Origin: Haliotis rufescens
Taxonomy: Eukaryota
Direction: 5' to 3'
DNA: 64,000 nt
NCBI RefSeq assembly: GCF_023055435.1
Contig: NW_025964301.1
Location: 1,054,001-1,118,000, forward strand
Shown: positions 45,640-59,228 of the stretch, piece by piece
How positions within the stretch are numbered: position 1 is the stretch's first letter
Layout: the number at the start of each line of letters is the position of its first letter
The notes under the pieces: model-generated
Told to the model about the DNA's origin: nothing
Seen by the model: the letters and a program-made list of their open reading frames with translations, nothing else
The model's database searches: none
Made by a program: the position numbers and the translations under genes

Positions 45640-48600
45640 CTGAAATGCATGTAGCGACAATATTACACTTTTCATACAGTATCTACAGGATAGAATAATT
45701 TGGAGGGGTACGGGTGACCCAGTCGTCTAGGGCGCTGTAATTCGCTATGTAGAGTTACGTCCCTTGGGCTCACCAGAAACCTATGATCATGGGTTCGATT
45801 CCTGGTTTGCCACGATTACTAGAATGTTTCAGGGATGTCAGCACCATACCCGTACTCGTGGGGTTCACCAAAGTAATAAACATCTGAGACCTGCGTCACC
45901 CAGGCTTCCCTCCCACATAACAGGAACACTGTTCAAAGTGGCGTTAAACCCAACTCACTCACTCCTACCTAGTTCAATAGTTCGTACAAGTCTGACATAT
46001 GTATATGTAACGTATGGAATACTGTAAGGGACATTCTCGCGATCTCGCGTTCTCGCGATCTCGACCTTTGGAAACGAGGTAAATATGCCCAAAACACGAG
46101 ATTGCGAGATCGCGAGAATGTCCCTTACAGTATTCCATAGTAACGACAATTATGTTGAAGTTCCTTGACATGACACCTGGCCCATGAGTACAATACAGTC
46201 AACGAACAGGCATCACTGCATATAAAAACTGGTTAAATTTTAAACGCGTGCATGCGTTGATCCATTCAAATCATTTTCACTGCTATTTCGCCTTTTCCAC
46301 CCAATGGAATCTATTTCAGTGGATAAATAATTGGGACTGATTATTCACCGGCGTTACGTTTGACATATTGATATTTAGCCTGCGAAGTTGTATATATTTA
46401 TCATTGTGGGTAACACATAGCTTAATAACACACAGAGACACACACGTTGAGATTTTCGGCACTAAAGATATTGCAGTCACGAAAACAGCTTAAGTGAGTC
46501 GGAGTTTACACCGCTTTCAGCAATATTCCTGCCATATTGCGACGGGAGAGTGGGAGGACACCAGACATTGGCTTCACACATTGTACCCATTGAGAATCGA
46601 ACCCGGCCTTTGGGCGTGGCGAACCAAGGCTTTATCATGTCCACGACTCATGCTCAAACATTGTCAGATGATGGTTACAGCATTCAAGGCCTCAGTAAAG
46701 TTTTCAAAATATGTTATGGTTGACTATGGAGGACATTTCTGAATTAATTTTTACGAATCAGTGACCAAAATAATGACCTATGCAATTCCCTAAGTTTGAC
46801 TTATAGGATATGGGACGGTGGGGGCGCTTAGTGGTTAAAGCGCTCGCACGTCACGCTGAAGACCCGGGTTCGATTCCCACATGGGCACAAAGTGTGAAGC
46901 CCATTTCTGTTGTCCGCAACATATTGCTGGAATATTGCTAAAAGCGGCGTAAAACCATACTCACTCCCTAACATATCGTCAGGTGAGCAAATGACTTGCC
47001 TTTGCATGTGTTTGTGATGGGTGCCACTGGTGGGACAGGATACGTTCACCTTTTCGCGAACACCTGATCTCATCACTGTTTGATAGTGATGCTTAAACAG
47101 ATTCTCGTGATACTGGGAATCGTTCAATCGGGTGTGCATTTAGCAAAGATTTCCTATGACAATGGAACGGACTTTGTCGCTTTATAAAAAAAAGATTCAA
47201 TTATGTGTTCATAATGCAGGCCCCGGTGGCAGAATCTAAATCATGTTGTGGTCAATGTGTTATACTGTGTATCGTACATCAATCAGCAGTGTTCGATCTA
47301 CTACACACCTAATCGATGATTCTGACTGCCAGTGACGTCACGTTGATGGAGGTCTAATGGTGATGTGGAGGAGACATTCTCCTCTGAAGACGCGCCATTG
47401 TTACCAACATTCCTGGAAGTTAATGTGCTGCTCCTACTTTGACTGGACTTTCTGTGTTGGGCCTTGCTTCTCGATGAGGAACCCAAGGTTTGTTTGTCCA
47501 AGAAAAAGAAGACCTGGTGATTCTCTCGTTCCCACGTATACCGCACAATGCTCATAGAACGTCCATTGGATTTGACCGGCATGGTTATTTTGTTTGTTCT
47601 AGCATAGCAGTCATATTTTAGAGAATTCACTTTCAGATTTTTATCTAAGTACGTCAAATTCCCTTCCAGGGAAACTTTAATTCGTGTTTTTCTCTTCAGT
47701 TGAATGTCCCTTGATCGACTCAGCTCTATCTCCCTCATACCATCTTGTTGATGCCTCTCTATAACGCTGTTAACTTTATAGAAGTCTACACAGTCCATCA
47801 ACAGTCGGTGCATCTTGTAATTTGTATCATAGCTGCTGAGGGTGAGAATATTGCACATGCTTCTCTTTCCAGAGATGAACTCAACTGACGTGGCGATGTC
47901 CTCGAGAGATGTCTTCTTGGGAACACACACGGGGGCGTACCTGGAATGTGTAGGATTTGATACACGTTGTTACAAATATGGGAACACAGTGGGTGAAATT
48001 GGTTTAACGCCGATAACGATTATTGCACAATAGCGACATGCGAGTACGTGTGTGTGGCTGTTTGTACTGGTCCGAACTGATGCCGGTAATACAGTGCTCG
48101 CCCATTGAGATACCATGCCGCAGTTTTAATATTAATACCCCACTCAGACACAGTGTACTGACTCAGAGGTGACAAGTCCGTGTTTTATTTCCTTAATGCC
48201 AACGCCATCTTTTAACGTCATTTGGTATGACGCGGTCGGGGTTCGAACCACCGACCTTCCGCTCTCCGGGCAGACGCTCCATCCTTTAGACCACTAGAAT
48301 TGATGCAGGTTTCAGACGTTTACCACTTTGGTGAAACCCAGGTATGGTACGGAAAACCATAGAATCACAATCAGAGCGACTTTCATGTTTAACACTGTAG
48401 TCATATTTATGTCCCATTCGTCACCACTCGCCCCTTTCCGTAACCTGCAACGCTATTCGGCTTGTCTCGGAATAACACGAGTTGGTCACGAATGATTTAT
48501 GCCCATTGAATGCGTTCGTGACCAACTCGTGTTATTCCGGGACAAGCCGAATAGCGACTCGTGCCCCTCACGCGGCCATTATTGCGACCGGGATCCGTCT

Positions 48601-50226
48601 TAGCGCAAACGGGCATACCTAAAACAATTGTTAACTCGTTGCGTAATGCTTCACATATATTTCCCCAGATATTATATATATTTCAGATGCAATTTAAAGC
48701 ACATCGGGACAGTATACAGTATGATTGAACACATTTAACTGTATCTTGGGTATATTTTAGATTCAAAATTTATGTAAAATCAAAAATTATTCCTGAGGGA
48801 TTCTTTGACGAAGAACTTGAAATCATACGCGCATTCTGATTGGTTTGTCGTATTTTCGCACATAACATTCATCGATAGGGGGACGAGTCTACTTGCAGGT
48901 TACGGAAAGGGGCGAGTGGTGACGAATGCATTGAATGCAGACACACGTATACTGACATACCAACATGGACATACATACGTACGAGCTGAAGGAAGTGACG
49001 TCTACACTGTATGAGTTCTTGGGTTCTTCCTTCGGGAGGTTACAGATCACCTCTGCCCCTCGATCTTCCTCAGATTCCTTCCAGTGAACAAACAACACTT
49101 CAGAGTTGTCTCCCTTTGCATGCAAGTCTAACGGGAGACACACTTTTGCGGGACGTTTCAGTTCCATTTCAGGTGTTACAGCAAGGATGTTTGTGAATCC
49201 CTGGATGCAGGTGAAACTGTCATTTAGTTTGAGATACCCTTCATACCGCTCCTTGTCTACCACCATGGACTGAAACCAGAATTATGCGTTTACTTTACTT
49301 TTGTTTGCTTGTTAACGCCGCACTCGCACACATTGAGAGGTTACGCTGGTAAGTTTTAGCCTCTTTAAGGATACATTCTTTTAACCAACAGTTGATCCTT
49401 GAAACCCAACGATCCCATTCTGGCTCCTTTCTGTCCCATGTAAATATTATCATTGGAAGCGCAGTTCAATGACACAAGATCTGTAAAACGCCCTGTAAAT
49501 ATGTTGTATTGTGTATTCAAACAAGTAATGTTTGTTTGTTTGTTTGTTTGTTGTTTAACGCCGCACTAAGCAATATTACAAGTATATGACGGCGGTCTGT
49601 AAATAATCGAGTCTAGACCAGGCAATCCAGTGACTGACATGAGCGTCGATCTAGGCAATTGGAATACGATGGCATGCATCAACCAAGTCAGCAAGTCTGA
49701 CCACCCGATCTCGTTAGTCGCCTCTTTCGACAAGCATTGGTTGCTGAAAATCAGTTGTAAACCGTATCCTAGCGGCCATAAACCTATATCAGTTGTATAT
49801 ACTAGTACCTATATAAGCTTGAGAATCCGGGTCTGTTTGTCCCCACAAGAGTCTGATTAAGATAAGCTAGTTACAATTGGGATATTGATGACATTTGTCT
49901 GAAAAAACCCACACTAATAGCAAAAATATTATTTTACCTCTATTACAAATGTACTGAATTTCATTTTAGCATTGTAAGACATGTGAAATTATAATGTATA
50001 AAAGTGAAACATCTGTATGTGGTCATCCTGTTTCACAAGTCCGGACCGCCTCTGTGATCGATCCCCGACCGTGTCATACCAATAGACGTTAAAATATGTT
50101 ACTTGTTGTTACCCTGTCTGGCTCTCGGCATTAAGTGGCTAAAACAGAGATTGGTCGGAGTCGGCTCGGAGTCAGTATACTGTGTCTGAGTGGGATATTC
50201 ATGTTAAACTGGTATCTCAGTGTGCT

Positions 50227-50295
<69 letters not shown>

Positions 50296-53200
50296 ATGCA
50301 CGTCACCTCTACGAAGCTGAAGCTGGCAGAAGAAACTGACGTAATATGTAAACTTAAATATAAGATCGAAGGTGAGCCCTCAGTTGTCGATTGTACACTG
50401 TGCCTGCTAAAAAGGGTACCCCAAGTCTTACCTCAAGAATATTAAATTTAGTTCGAAAAAGCGCATGTGCTTATAAACTGGTAGTGCTGGTAGTGCAACG
50501 GAATCCTAAAAAGTGTATGATCATACAGCGAGCATTTCTTTCAAGAAAAGGGAAAATGATACGTTTTTCATAGCGGCATTGTGTAAGCATGTTTTGTGGC
50601 GGGCGAATGAGTGGATAATAACCCGTTTTGTTTCTGAGGCGAGAAACACAAACAGATACTGATTCATAAAATTGACTGTTTAGTATAGATAGTTTTAATA
50701 TTCGGACTATTTGCATGGACGGTATTGTGTACACAAAGTATTGAACTGAAGGCTCGGAAATTAGATCTGTAATACATAGGTTTTTCATTTTACCTAGAAA
50801 ATATAACAACGACCTTCGTAGATTATTGGAAAATGATATGTCCATATATATACACATGCATAGAACTACCTTAAACTGGAAGTCTGTGTCTTTGTCCACT
50901 GCTCCCTCGGGGAAATATACAGTGATGCGCATATGTATACTAATGCATAGAACTACCTTAAACTGGAAATCTGTGTCTTTGTCCATTGCTCCCTCGGGGA
51001 AATATACAGTGATGCGCATACATAAACTAATGCATAGAACTACCTTAAACTGGAAGTCTCTGGTTTGTCCACTGCTCCCTCGGGGAAATATACAGTGATG
51101 CGCATACATAAACTAATGCATAGAACTACCTTAAACTGGAAGTCTGTGTCTTTGTCCACTGCTCCCTCGGGGAAATATACAGTGATGCGGCCGTCGGTCT
51201 GGGAGACAAACTTCCCTCCTTCAGGACCAATCCTCTTACTTTCCACAGAGGCAGCTCCAGATTGGGGGTTCTCAGCCACCACACCAAAAGCATCAATCTT
51301 CTTCACCTTACCGTGGATCTTTCCATCCACCTGAACATGAATCCATCGTTAGTGGCTACTATCTTCACGTACAGGTATACACAAAGGAAACCTTACCGTG
51401 GATCTTTCCCTCCACCTGAACATAGACCCATCGTTAGTGGCTACTATCTTCACGTACAGGTATAAACAAAGGAAACCTTACCGTGGATCTTTCCCTCCAC
51501 CTGAACATAGATCCATCGTGAGTGGCTACCATCTTCACGTACAGGTATACACAAAGGAATTGTTACCGTGGATCTTTCCCTCCACCTGAACATAGATCCA
51601 TCGTGAGTGGCTACCATCTTCACGTTCAGGTATACACAAAGGAAATGTTACCGTGGATCTTTCCATCCACCTGAACATAGATCCATCGTTAGTGGCTACC
51701 ATCTTCACGTACAGGTATACACAAAGGAATTGTTACCGTGGATCTTTCCCTCCACCTGAACATAGATCCATCGTGAGTGGCTACCATCTTCACGTACAGG
51801 TATACACAAAGGAAATGTTACCGTGGATCTTTCCATCCACCTGAACATAGATCCATCGTTAGTGGCTACCATCTTCACGTACAGGTATACACAAAGGAAT
51901 TGTTACCGTAGATCTTTCCCTCCACCTGAACATAGATCCATCGTGAGTGGCTACTATCTTCACGTACAGGTATACACAAAGGAAACCTTACCGTGGATCT
52001 TTCCCTCCACCTGAACATAGATCCATCGTGAGTGGCTACTATCTTTACGTACAGGTATACACAAAGGAAACGTTACCGTGGATCTTTCCATCCACCTGAA
52101 AATAGATCCATCGTGAGTGGCTACCATCTTCACGTACAGGTATACACAAAGGAATTGTTACCGTGGATCTTTCCCTCCACCTGAACCTAGATCCATCGTG
52201 AGTGGCTACTATCTTCTTATACAGCGACGTGCATGCACGTATAACTTCAAAGATGTACACATTATAAAAAGCAAAACAAACAGCGAAACAAATTCACAGT
52301 ACTTTTACCTTTGAGTATGGCGGTGGGCTAGCCTAGTGGTTAAAGCGTTCACTCGTCACGCCGAAGATGCGACCCGATTCCCGATCGGGTACAATGTGTG
52401 AAGCCTATTCCAGGTGTCCTCCGCCGTAATATTGCTGGAATATTGCCAACAGCAGCGTAAAACCATACTCACCCATTCACTTACTCACCTTTGAGTAAAT
52501 ATTTCTCCTGTCTGATCCCGAAAAATATTGTCGTAAAGAAAGAAATATTACATCCATTTGGGATAATGTATTTATTAAACTATACCTTAATATTTTCTCA
52601 TGATTTGTTTCAGATCATCAATAAGGCACCAGCACATATTGCTTCACACAAATGCCAACGTTCATTCAGTTGATTAATGTATCAATATACAGGTAGTACA
52701 TGTACATTACCCGAGGGCGGTGGGTAGCCTAGTGGTTAAAGCGCTCGATCGTAACGCCGAAGACCCGGGTTCGATTCCCGACATGGGTACAATGTGTGAA
52801 GCCCATTTCTGGTGTCCCCCGCCGAGATATTGCTGGAATGTTGCTAAAAGCGGCGTAAAACCCTACTCACTCGCTCATACATATATCACAAATATAACGT
52901 ATACCCACCACTCACATTACCCGATGCAAGGTAGCTACAGTAAAACCAGCGTTATATTAGAGGAAACAAATATATACTATTTTCTGACCACATACATGGT
53001 ACATGCAGACCATCAGTCATATGTGGCTTTAAGCCAATGACTCATATTCTACTTCAAACATCAACGCCAGAGAATAATCAGTATCAGTTACAGATTTCAT
53101 TAGGCGTAACATGCAACATAGTGATGATTATATGAATGGATCACTGAAAATCAGTGATGACACCAGGTGTTCGCGCAATGGGAAGGCATGAACTTCCCGA

Positions 53201-56200
53201 CCGATGGCACCCGCCACTCACAATTTACATAAACAATACGTGTTTATTTCTTGTTTAACGCCCCAACCATCAATACTCCTGTCATACGTAGGCAATCAAT
53301 CGAGTCTGGATCACTGGCTCGAGTTCAGACATACAGTAAAGTACGGTTAAAACGAACTCAAAGGGACTACTAATTTTAGTTCGTTATAACAGTAGTTCGT
53401 TATAAGCATATATACAGCATAATACAGCAAATAGTCTGGACCAAAAAAGTAAGTTCGTTATATCCGTCAGTTCGTTATAAGCGTGTTCGTTATAACCGTA
53501 GTTTACTGTAATTTCGGTGTGTTTACCGGAGCGTCAGTTGGTGTCTTGTGCCAACAGCCATCATATTTAAGCCACAACCAGAAGGAACAGCCTGTCCTGC
53601 ATCTCTCGGGTACGTCAACGGGGACGACAATATCAGCGTGGGGGTCGTCAACATCCTCGCTCCACCGCATCTTGTAGATCTTGGACACCAGCAACTGGTG
53701 CTCCCCGAGATTCATCTCCTGTACACGCATGCGCAAACTACGATCATTTATGTTGCGGATGGACAATTAATACGAAGTTTGTCTTAATCAGATGTTAATA
53801 AATATATTTAAGTGTATTGGTTGGCCCAAACTGTTTGAACACACTGTACAGACTTATGCCGCAGCTGATTAATGTTCAAACATTAGCAGCCCCAATTAGT
53901 GAGTTATTCGCCACAATCATAATACTTATGTCAGCACTATACCCATGCTCACTAGCTCGACAAAAAATGAATAAAAATAAAAATAATAAAAAATGAAAGA
54001 TGGTCAGGTATTTAGGTACAAATAAAATGCCGCGCAAAGAAAAAGTATACACCCATGTTCGATGGTGGCTAAAATGAAACAAACAACAAAAGGCTATTCG
54101 ATGGTGATGTTGGGTTGATTTGTTGTTTAACGCCGCACTCAGCAATATTCCAGCTATATGACGACGGTCTGTGAATAATCGAGTCTGGACAAGACAATCA
54201 AGTGATTAATTTCATGAGCATCGATCCACACAATTGGAATCGATGACATGCATCAACCAAGTCAGCGAGCCTGACCCCCCGATCCCGTTAGTCGCCTTTT
54301 ACGACAAGCAGAGTCACCTTTTACGGCAAGCAGAGTCACCTTTTACGACAAGCAGAGTCACCTTTTACGGCAAGCAGAGTCACCTTTTATGGATGGTGAT
54401 GTATTTGATACGGGTATGATACTTGTGTTTTAAGACCTGTTTTCAGACTTGTAACGTTTGTAATTTTGGGGTCACATCCAATTTTTAATCGCAGACTTTC
54501 TTTGCCCGGCAGTTAAGTTCGTTGTTGCACCATTTTGTTTTCTACAAACTAGTTTTTTGTTTGATAACACAACATTGCATAACCCTGTATAGCTGAATGT
54601 TGATATGATGTGCAAATCTAAAAGCTCATTTAGGTAAAATGCAAGTTGTCAGTCATTCGAATAACTTTCCTTACAAATTTTCAAAGGTTTCTTTAACTTT
54701 CAAATGGGCCAATATCAGTTGGCCCTAAAAACCTGTAAAATACTTCCTCCTATATTATACTACTCAAAAAATATTAAGGACCACCCGATTCCTTCATATT
54801 ACTGTAGTTAATCTGTTATGCCATGAGAAGATTGGTGGTTCTTGAACCTTTTTGAGTAGTATATAACTTAAGTAAAATGAGTGTTTGAGTATGTAAATAT
54901 TTGCCTGTCTGATGTCATCGTCAGTTTCTGATGGTGTGTCATCTCCTTCTGCAGCAAGATCAAAGGTCACATCGCTGGAACGACATAACAAATCATTTAT
55001 ACCAAAGGCGCGAAAAACCCATACCTGTTCAAATGAGAATTATGCAAATGAGTGAACAAATCATCTTAACACATAAATCGGATGCTATAATGGTTTAATA
55101 ACTAAATTCTCACGAGTCCGATTTACTAAGATTTACGCCCGTGGAGATGCGGGTTAGCATTGGTTTCAGCATCCGATGCTTGTCGTAATAGGCAACTAAC
55201 AGGATCCGGTAGTACGTCTCGCTGACTTGGTTTGATGCATGTGATCGTATCCCAATTGCGGGGATCGATGCCCATCGTATTAATCACTGGATTGTCTGGT
55301 CCAGACTCGATTATTTACAGACCGCCGCCATTGAGTTGGAATATTGCTGGGTGCGACGTTAAACAACAAACAAACTATGGTTTAGTTTTCAGATTCATAC
55401 TCCGATGTTAAATATATTTCACTATGCGCATTCTATAGATTCACATACAAAGTATATGTACATCATTCGTGGCGTATTAAATTACCTTACTCATGTTACC
55501 CATCCTAGCGAATCACGTGGGGTAGGAGACACATGCAAAACACCGAGGTGGGTGTACGTTATATTTGTGACATATGTATGAGTGAGTGAGTATGGGTTTA
55601 CGCCGCTTTTAGCAATATTCCAGCAATATCACGGCGGGGGACACCAGCAATGGACATGTGTATGAATTAAGACTAATATATCTTTATATATGTATGAATT
55701 AGGACTAACATGTCTTTATATATAAAACATAAACTGTATTTCAATGTTTAATATATAACGTCAACGGCAGAGAATAATCAGTGTCGACGATCTGCCGAAA
55801 CAGATCATATACGGCGTAAAATTCAAAACAGCTGTGAAACATTTTCCTTGATGCAATAGTATTTGAGTGAATGGATATATATGGGTGAATATTGGTCACG
55901 TACACATCAGCAATATTACAGCTAGTTGCGGCAAGGATCAACATTTTTACCTTACTAATCAAAATACAAATGAAAACGTGGTTATGACCAAGATCACTAA
56001 AATATCAGTTTCACTGTATGGAATTTCAACATCGTGGCTGCCATTATCTTCAGTATGACACTAGTGCGGTGTCCTTCATGTATCCTTTGAGGCAGTGGGG
56101 TAGCCTAGTGGATAACGCGTTCGTTGTCATACCGAAGGCTCGGGTTCTATTCCCCATTGGGTACGATGTGTAAAGCCCATTTCTGGTGTCCATTCCCTGA

Positions 56201-56547
56201 TTTTGATGGAATTTAGCTGAAGACGGCGTAAAACAACACTCACTCACTTTATGTACATCTTATATTTCTTATCCAGAAAATAGACAGTGGGTAGTATCAT
56301 CTCGTTTAGGAATAAGTAAGACACTGCTAACTTACGAACTAACTATAAATTACCACGCTTTTACTTCTACCAATTTTCAAAAGCACAGCCCCAACTTCAT
56401 ATCCCTAGTACATATTTACCATAAATGAAAAAAAATACTTTAATATATAACTAAACAACTCATAAGCAAATATATTGTAACATATATAATTTATCTATGT
56501 AGAAAAACCTACCTTGGATATCCGAGATTTGCGTCAGCGTCAGACAT
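45245..56547 (-). CDS. ZU5-ZU5-UPA-Death domain protein, paralogue B (divergent). Exons 56547-56513, 54974-54905, 53718-53527, 51330-51130, 49269-48983, 47940-47309, 45639-45245 (1812 nt, 603 aa)
   Basis: Same exon series and phases as A. IGPEGGKFVSQTDGRITVYFPEGAV is ZU5-like; death exon HPVLSDKSLSALSDSLPQVVWRSMGLELNF...FELLREW. The two 5' exons are less certain. Confidence 0.75.
46019..46131. mobile_element. Short palindromic MITE
   Basis: ATACTGTAAGGGACATTCTCGCGATCTCGC / GCGAGATCGCGAGAATGTCCCTTACAGTAT. Confidence 0.7.
47309..47940 (-). CDS. Paralogue B UPA-like exon
   Basis: TTCCAG acceptor, G|GTGTGT donor; SRSRDIQL, RTNKI. Confidence 0.85.
48415..48928. mobile_element. MITE plus adjacent inverted mini-derivative; a truncated second copy lies at ~20818-21210
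   Basis: CATTCGTCACCACTCGCCCCTTTCCGTAACCTGCA / TGCAGGTTACGGAAAGGGGCGAGTGGTGACGAATG; body matches 20818-21210. Confidence 0.7.
48983..49269 (-). CDS. Paralogue B ZU5-B exon
   Basis: GFTNILAVTP...VCLPLD...VLFVHW...VTSFS. Confidence 0.85.
50228..50292. repeat. (CA)n microsatellite
   Basis: Read directly from the sequence. Confidence 0.9.
50855..51190 (-). repeat. 86-87-bp tandem copies of the 3' end and donor of paralogue B exon 51130-51330
   Basis: TAGAACTACCTTAAACTGGA at 50861, 50948, 51035, 51121. Confidence 0.92.
51130..51330 (-). CDS. Paralogue B ZU5 junction exon, flanked by tandem copies of its own ends
   Basis: VDGKIHGKV...IGPEGGKF...DFQFK|GTAGTT. Confidence 0.82.
51307..52215 (-). 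repeat. 85-bp tandem array (11 units) copying the acceptor and 5' end of the same exon
   Basis: CCGTGGATCTTTCC every 85 bp from 51311 to 52161. Confidence 0.95.
52715..52876 (+). mobile_element. SINE A (other copies ~19152-19276, 46493-46625, 46813-46966, 52319-52480, 55580-55650, 56090-56247)
   Basis: Family consensus. Confidence 0.8.
53332..53509. mobile_element. Pogo/Tigger-like MITE, ~17 nt from a paralogue B donor site
   Basis: Homologous to 27150-27327. Confidence 0.8.
53527..53718 (-). CDS. Paralogue B ZU5-A exon
   Basis: EMNLGEHQLLVSKIY...IVVPVDVPER...DGCWH aligns with A QLGLHQDQLLVSDVY...IVPLEMPER...GGQWH. Confidence 0.7.
54905..54974 (-). CDS. Paralogue B probable exon 2
   Basis: TTCCAG|C GAT GTG ACC (DVTFDL vs DVTKLDL in A/C), phase 2; CAG|GCAAAT GC donor. 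Confidence 0.55.
56513..56547 (-). CDS. Paralogue B probable first coding exon (MSDADANLGYP)
   Basis: ATG...CCA AG|GTAGGT, phase 2. Confidence 0.5.
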
Positions 56548-57232
56548 ACTGCTTCCACATATGGGCGAAAGCAACAGACACGCTCTTTAAACCCAAGGCA
56601 TTCTTCACGCTGAATAGCCACCAACCATGGTGACACACCCGCCAGCGACAGTGTCAGGCCAACAACACCATACTTGTTTCCTTTGTATAATATCTATCTG
56701 ATCAAAGCGCCCCCTGTCTACGTTTTCTGACGTGTGTCCAATATTGGGAAATGCAAGTGTTCATTCGAACGCTATTCCTAGCGGGTTATATTTAATGTCG
56801 TGAGTGACCTTGTGTAGATAGCTGTCAACCAGGGTGTTTGGACAGGGTGTACAAATACCAATGATAGTTACAAGGCGCATGTTTTGTTTGTTTGTTGTTT
56901 ACCCCAGCTATATGACGGCGGTCTGTAAATAATCGAGTTTGGACCAGCCATTCTAGTGAATGACATAATGAGCATCGATCCACGCAATAGGGATACGATG
57001 ACAGGCATCAACCGAGTCAGCGAGCCTGCCCACCCGATCCCGTTAGTCGCCTCTTATGACAAGCATAGTCGCCTTTTACTACAAGCATAGTCACCTTTTA
57101 CGGCAAGCATAGTCGCATTTTACGACAAACATAGTCGCCTTTTACGACAAGCATAGTTACCTTTTACGGCAAGCATAGTCGCCTTTTACGGCAAGTGTGG
57201 GTTGCTGTAAACCTATTCTACCCCGGTTATTT

Positions 57233-57295
57233 GTGAGTGAGTGAGTGAGTGAGTGAGTGAGTGAGTGAGTGAGTGAGTGAGTGAGTGAGTGAGTG
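57233..57295. repeat. (GAGT)n microsatellite
   Basis: Read directly from the sequence. Confidence 0.9.
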
Positions 57296-58609
57296 CCTGC
57301 GACTAGTCGCAGATGCAATTATATGGTGTATATACAATGTTGGTGGAAAAATTCGCTGTTTCTCTCACCGAGTGCTTAGAATTGATGTTCACGAATTCAT
57401 TCTAATAACATTACATAATCAGTTAATGAGCGCCCTGATAACCACCATACAAATTCTACTGATTTAACCCAAGCTGTTATTGTGTGTTTTTAAATCTGAA
57501 ACGAAGTTCTCAAACTGAAACCCGTTTTGGACCAAACCACGCCAGTCATGGGTGGCATTCGACATAGAAAATAGTTCCTGCTTTGCAGACAAAAACGTAT
57601 ATAGACACTTTTATTCAAACTGAAAGAAACTGAAAATATATCTCACGTAACAAAAATCTCCCGTAATGGAATGCTATTTAATAATATATCTAACAAATTA
57701 CGAAGTACGACCGTGGCTAATGCTTACTACTGAAATCAGAAGCGACAACAATTTTTAATACAAGTGACAGCCCACTTCAAAGAAACATCAAACATCAAAG
57801 GAACAACAAATGCCATGAAGAACCCAACACTTCACATAATTGCCAATGATCAAGTAACAAGTATTTTAACCAACACCAAGGGGTTTGAAGATGACACGAG
57901 TGGCCCAGTCGTCTAAGGCGCCGCAATTCGCAGTACAGAGTTGCGGCCCTTGGGCACCCAAGAAACCTGTGGGTTCGAAACTCGGTTCCGAATATGTTTC
58001 TGAGTCTGTCAGCACCATACCCGCATTCGTGGGTTTCACCGAAGTGGTAAGCGTCTGAGACCTGCATCACTTCGGGCTTCCTCCCACATTAAGCTGGCAC
58101 GCCGCGATATAACTGGAATACTGTTAAAAGCAGCATTAAACCAAAAGTCAGTCACTCAAAGGATTTCTTCGTCATGATGGAGATTGGATTATTTACATAT
58201 TGTATCCCCATCCAAGTATAATTCTTCCCAAACACTACAAAATTAATAAAGCACAAGGTTTTTCTCTTTATATAATCTAAAATATACTCTTATATGTGGG
58301 TCAGTAAAACATAGTCATGGATAATGTGTCCTGATATGGAAAAAGTAGAAAAAAATATTGTTATAATTTAGCAGAAACGTGTATCATTGGGATTACTTTT
58401 TTTGTTTGTACATTTTCATAAATGAAGGTTTGAAGTTGTATTTATTGATGTTTTAACTGAATATTCTATATTTCAGTGGAAGTTAGAAGCTGTGATACCT
58501 ATGACGACAGGCTGACTGATTTCAGCTTGTTTATTCTTTCTGCGAGGTGCTGGTAAGGTGCTTGTACATGCATGTGTGCACCCGTACCAACACTTCTTCA
58601 CATAGCAGG

Positions 58610-58915
58610 TGCGGTGAAATGGGGTTTAACTTCGCGTTCAAGAATTTTGCAATGATATAGCGACGTGCATGCACGTGTGTGGCTGCTTGTACTAGTCCGG
58701 ACTGATGCCGATTTAAAGCGCTAGCCCACTGAGATACCATGCAGCAGTTTAACATGAATACCCCACTCAGACACAGTATACTGACTCCGAACCGGCCAGT
58801 ACTTGTTTTAGCCCCTTAATGCCGAGCGTCAGGCAGGGTAACAACAAGTACCATTTGGTAACGTCTTTTGGTATGACGCTCTCCGGGCGGACGCTCTAAC
58901 ACTAGAACACGGAGT
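58610..58915 (-). mobile_element. SINE family D (others ~14815-15295, 48030-48295, 50040-50340)
   Basis: Shared CCCACTGAGATACCATG...CCCCACTCAGACACAGTATACTGACTC...; tRNA-like head on the opposite strand. Confidence 0.75.
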
Positions 58916-58957
58916 TGATCTCTTAACAGAAATAATATAGAAGATGGAAGTAAGAAA

Positions 58958-58991
58958 CACTACTACTACTACTATCTACTACTACTACTTA

Positions 58992-59042
<51 letters not shown>

Positions 59043-59175
59043 ACAAGTCCTACCAATGCTACTGGGGGTACGGACCGTGCCGCAATTCGCTTGCAGAGTT
59101 GCGTCCCTTGGGCACGCCAGAAACCTATCATTGTGGGTTCGATTATGTTTCTAGGTTTGTCATCACCATACCCGA

Positions 59176-59228
<53 letters not shown>

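Noticed and set aside
53719-53790. In-frame TAA upstream of the paralogue B ZU5-A exon suggesting a pseudogene
   Set aside because: The phase-0 acceptor at 53719-53720 plus the 54905-54974 exon gives an open, alignable CDS. Pseudogene status is not required, although cDNA is needed to confirm.
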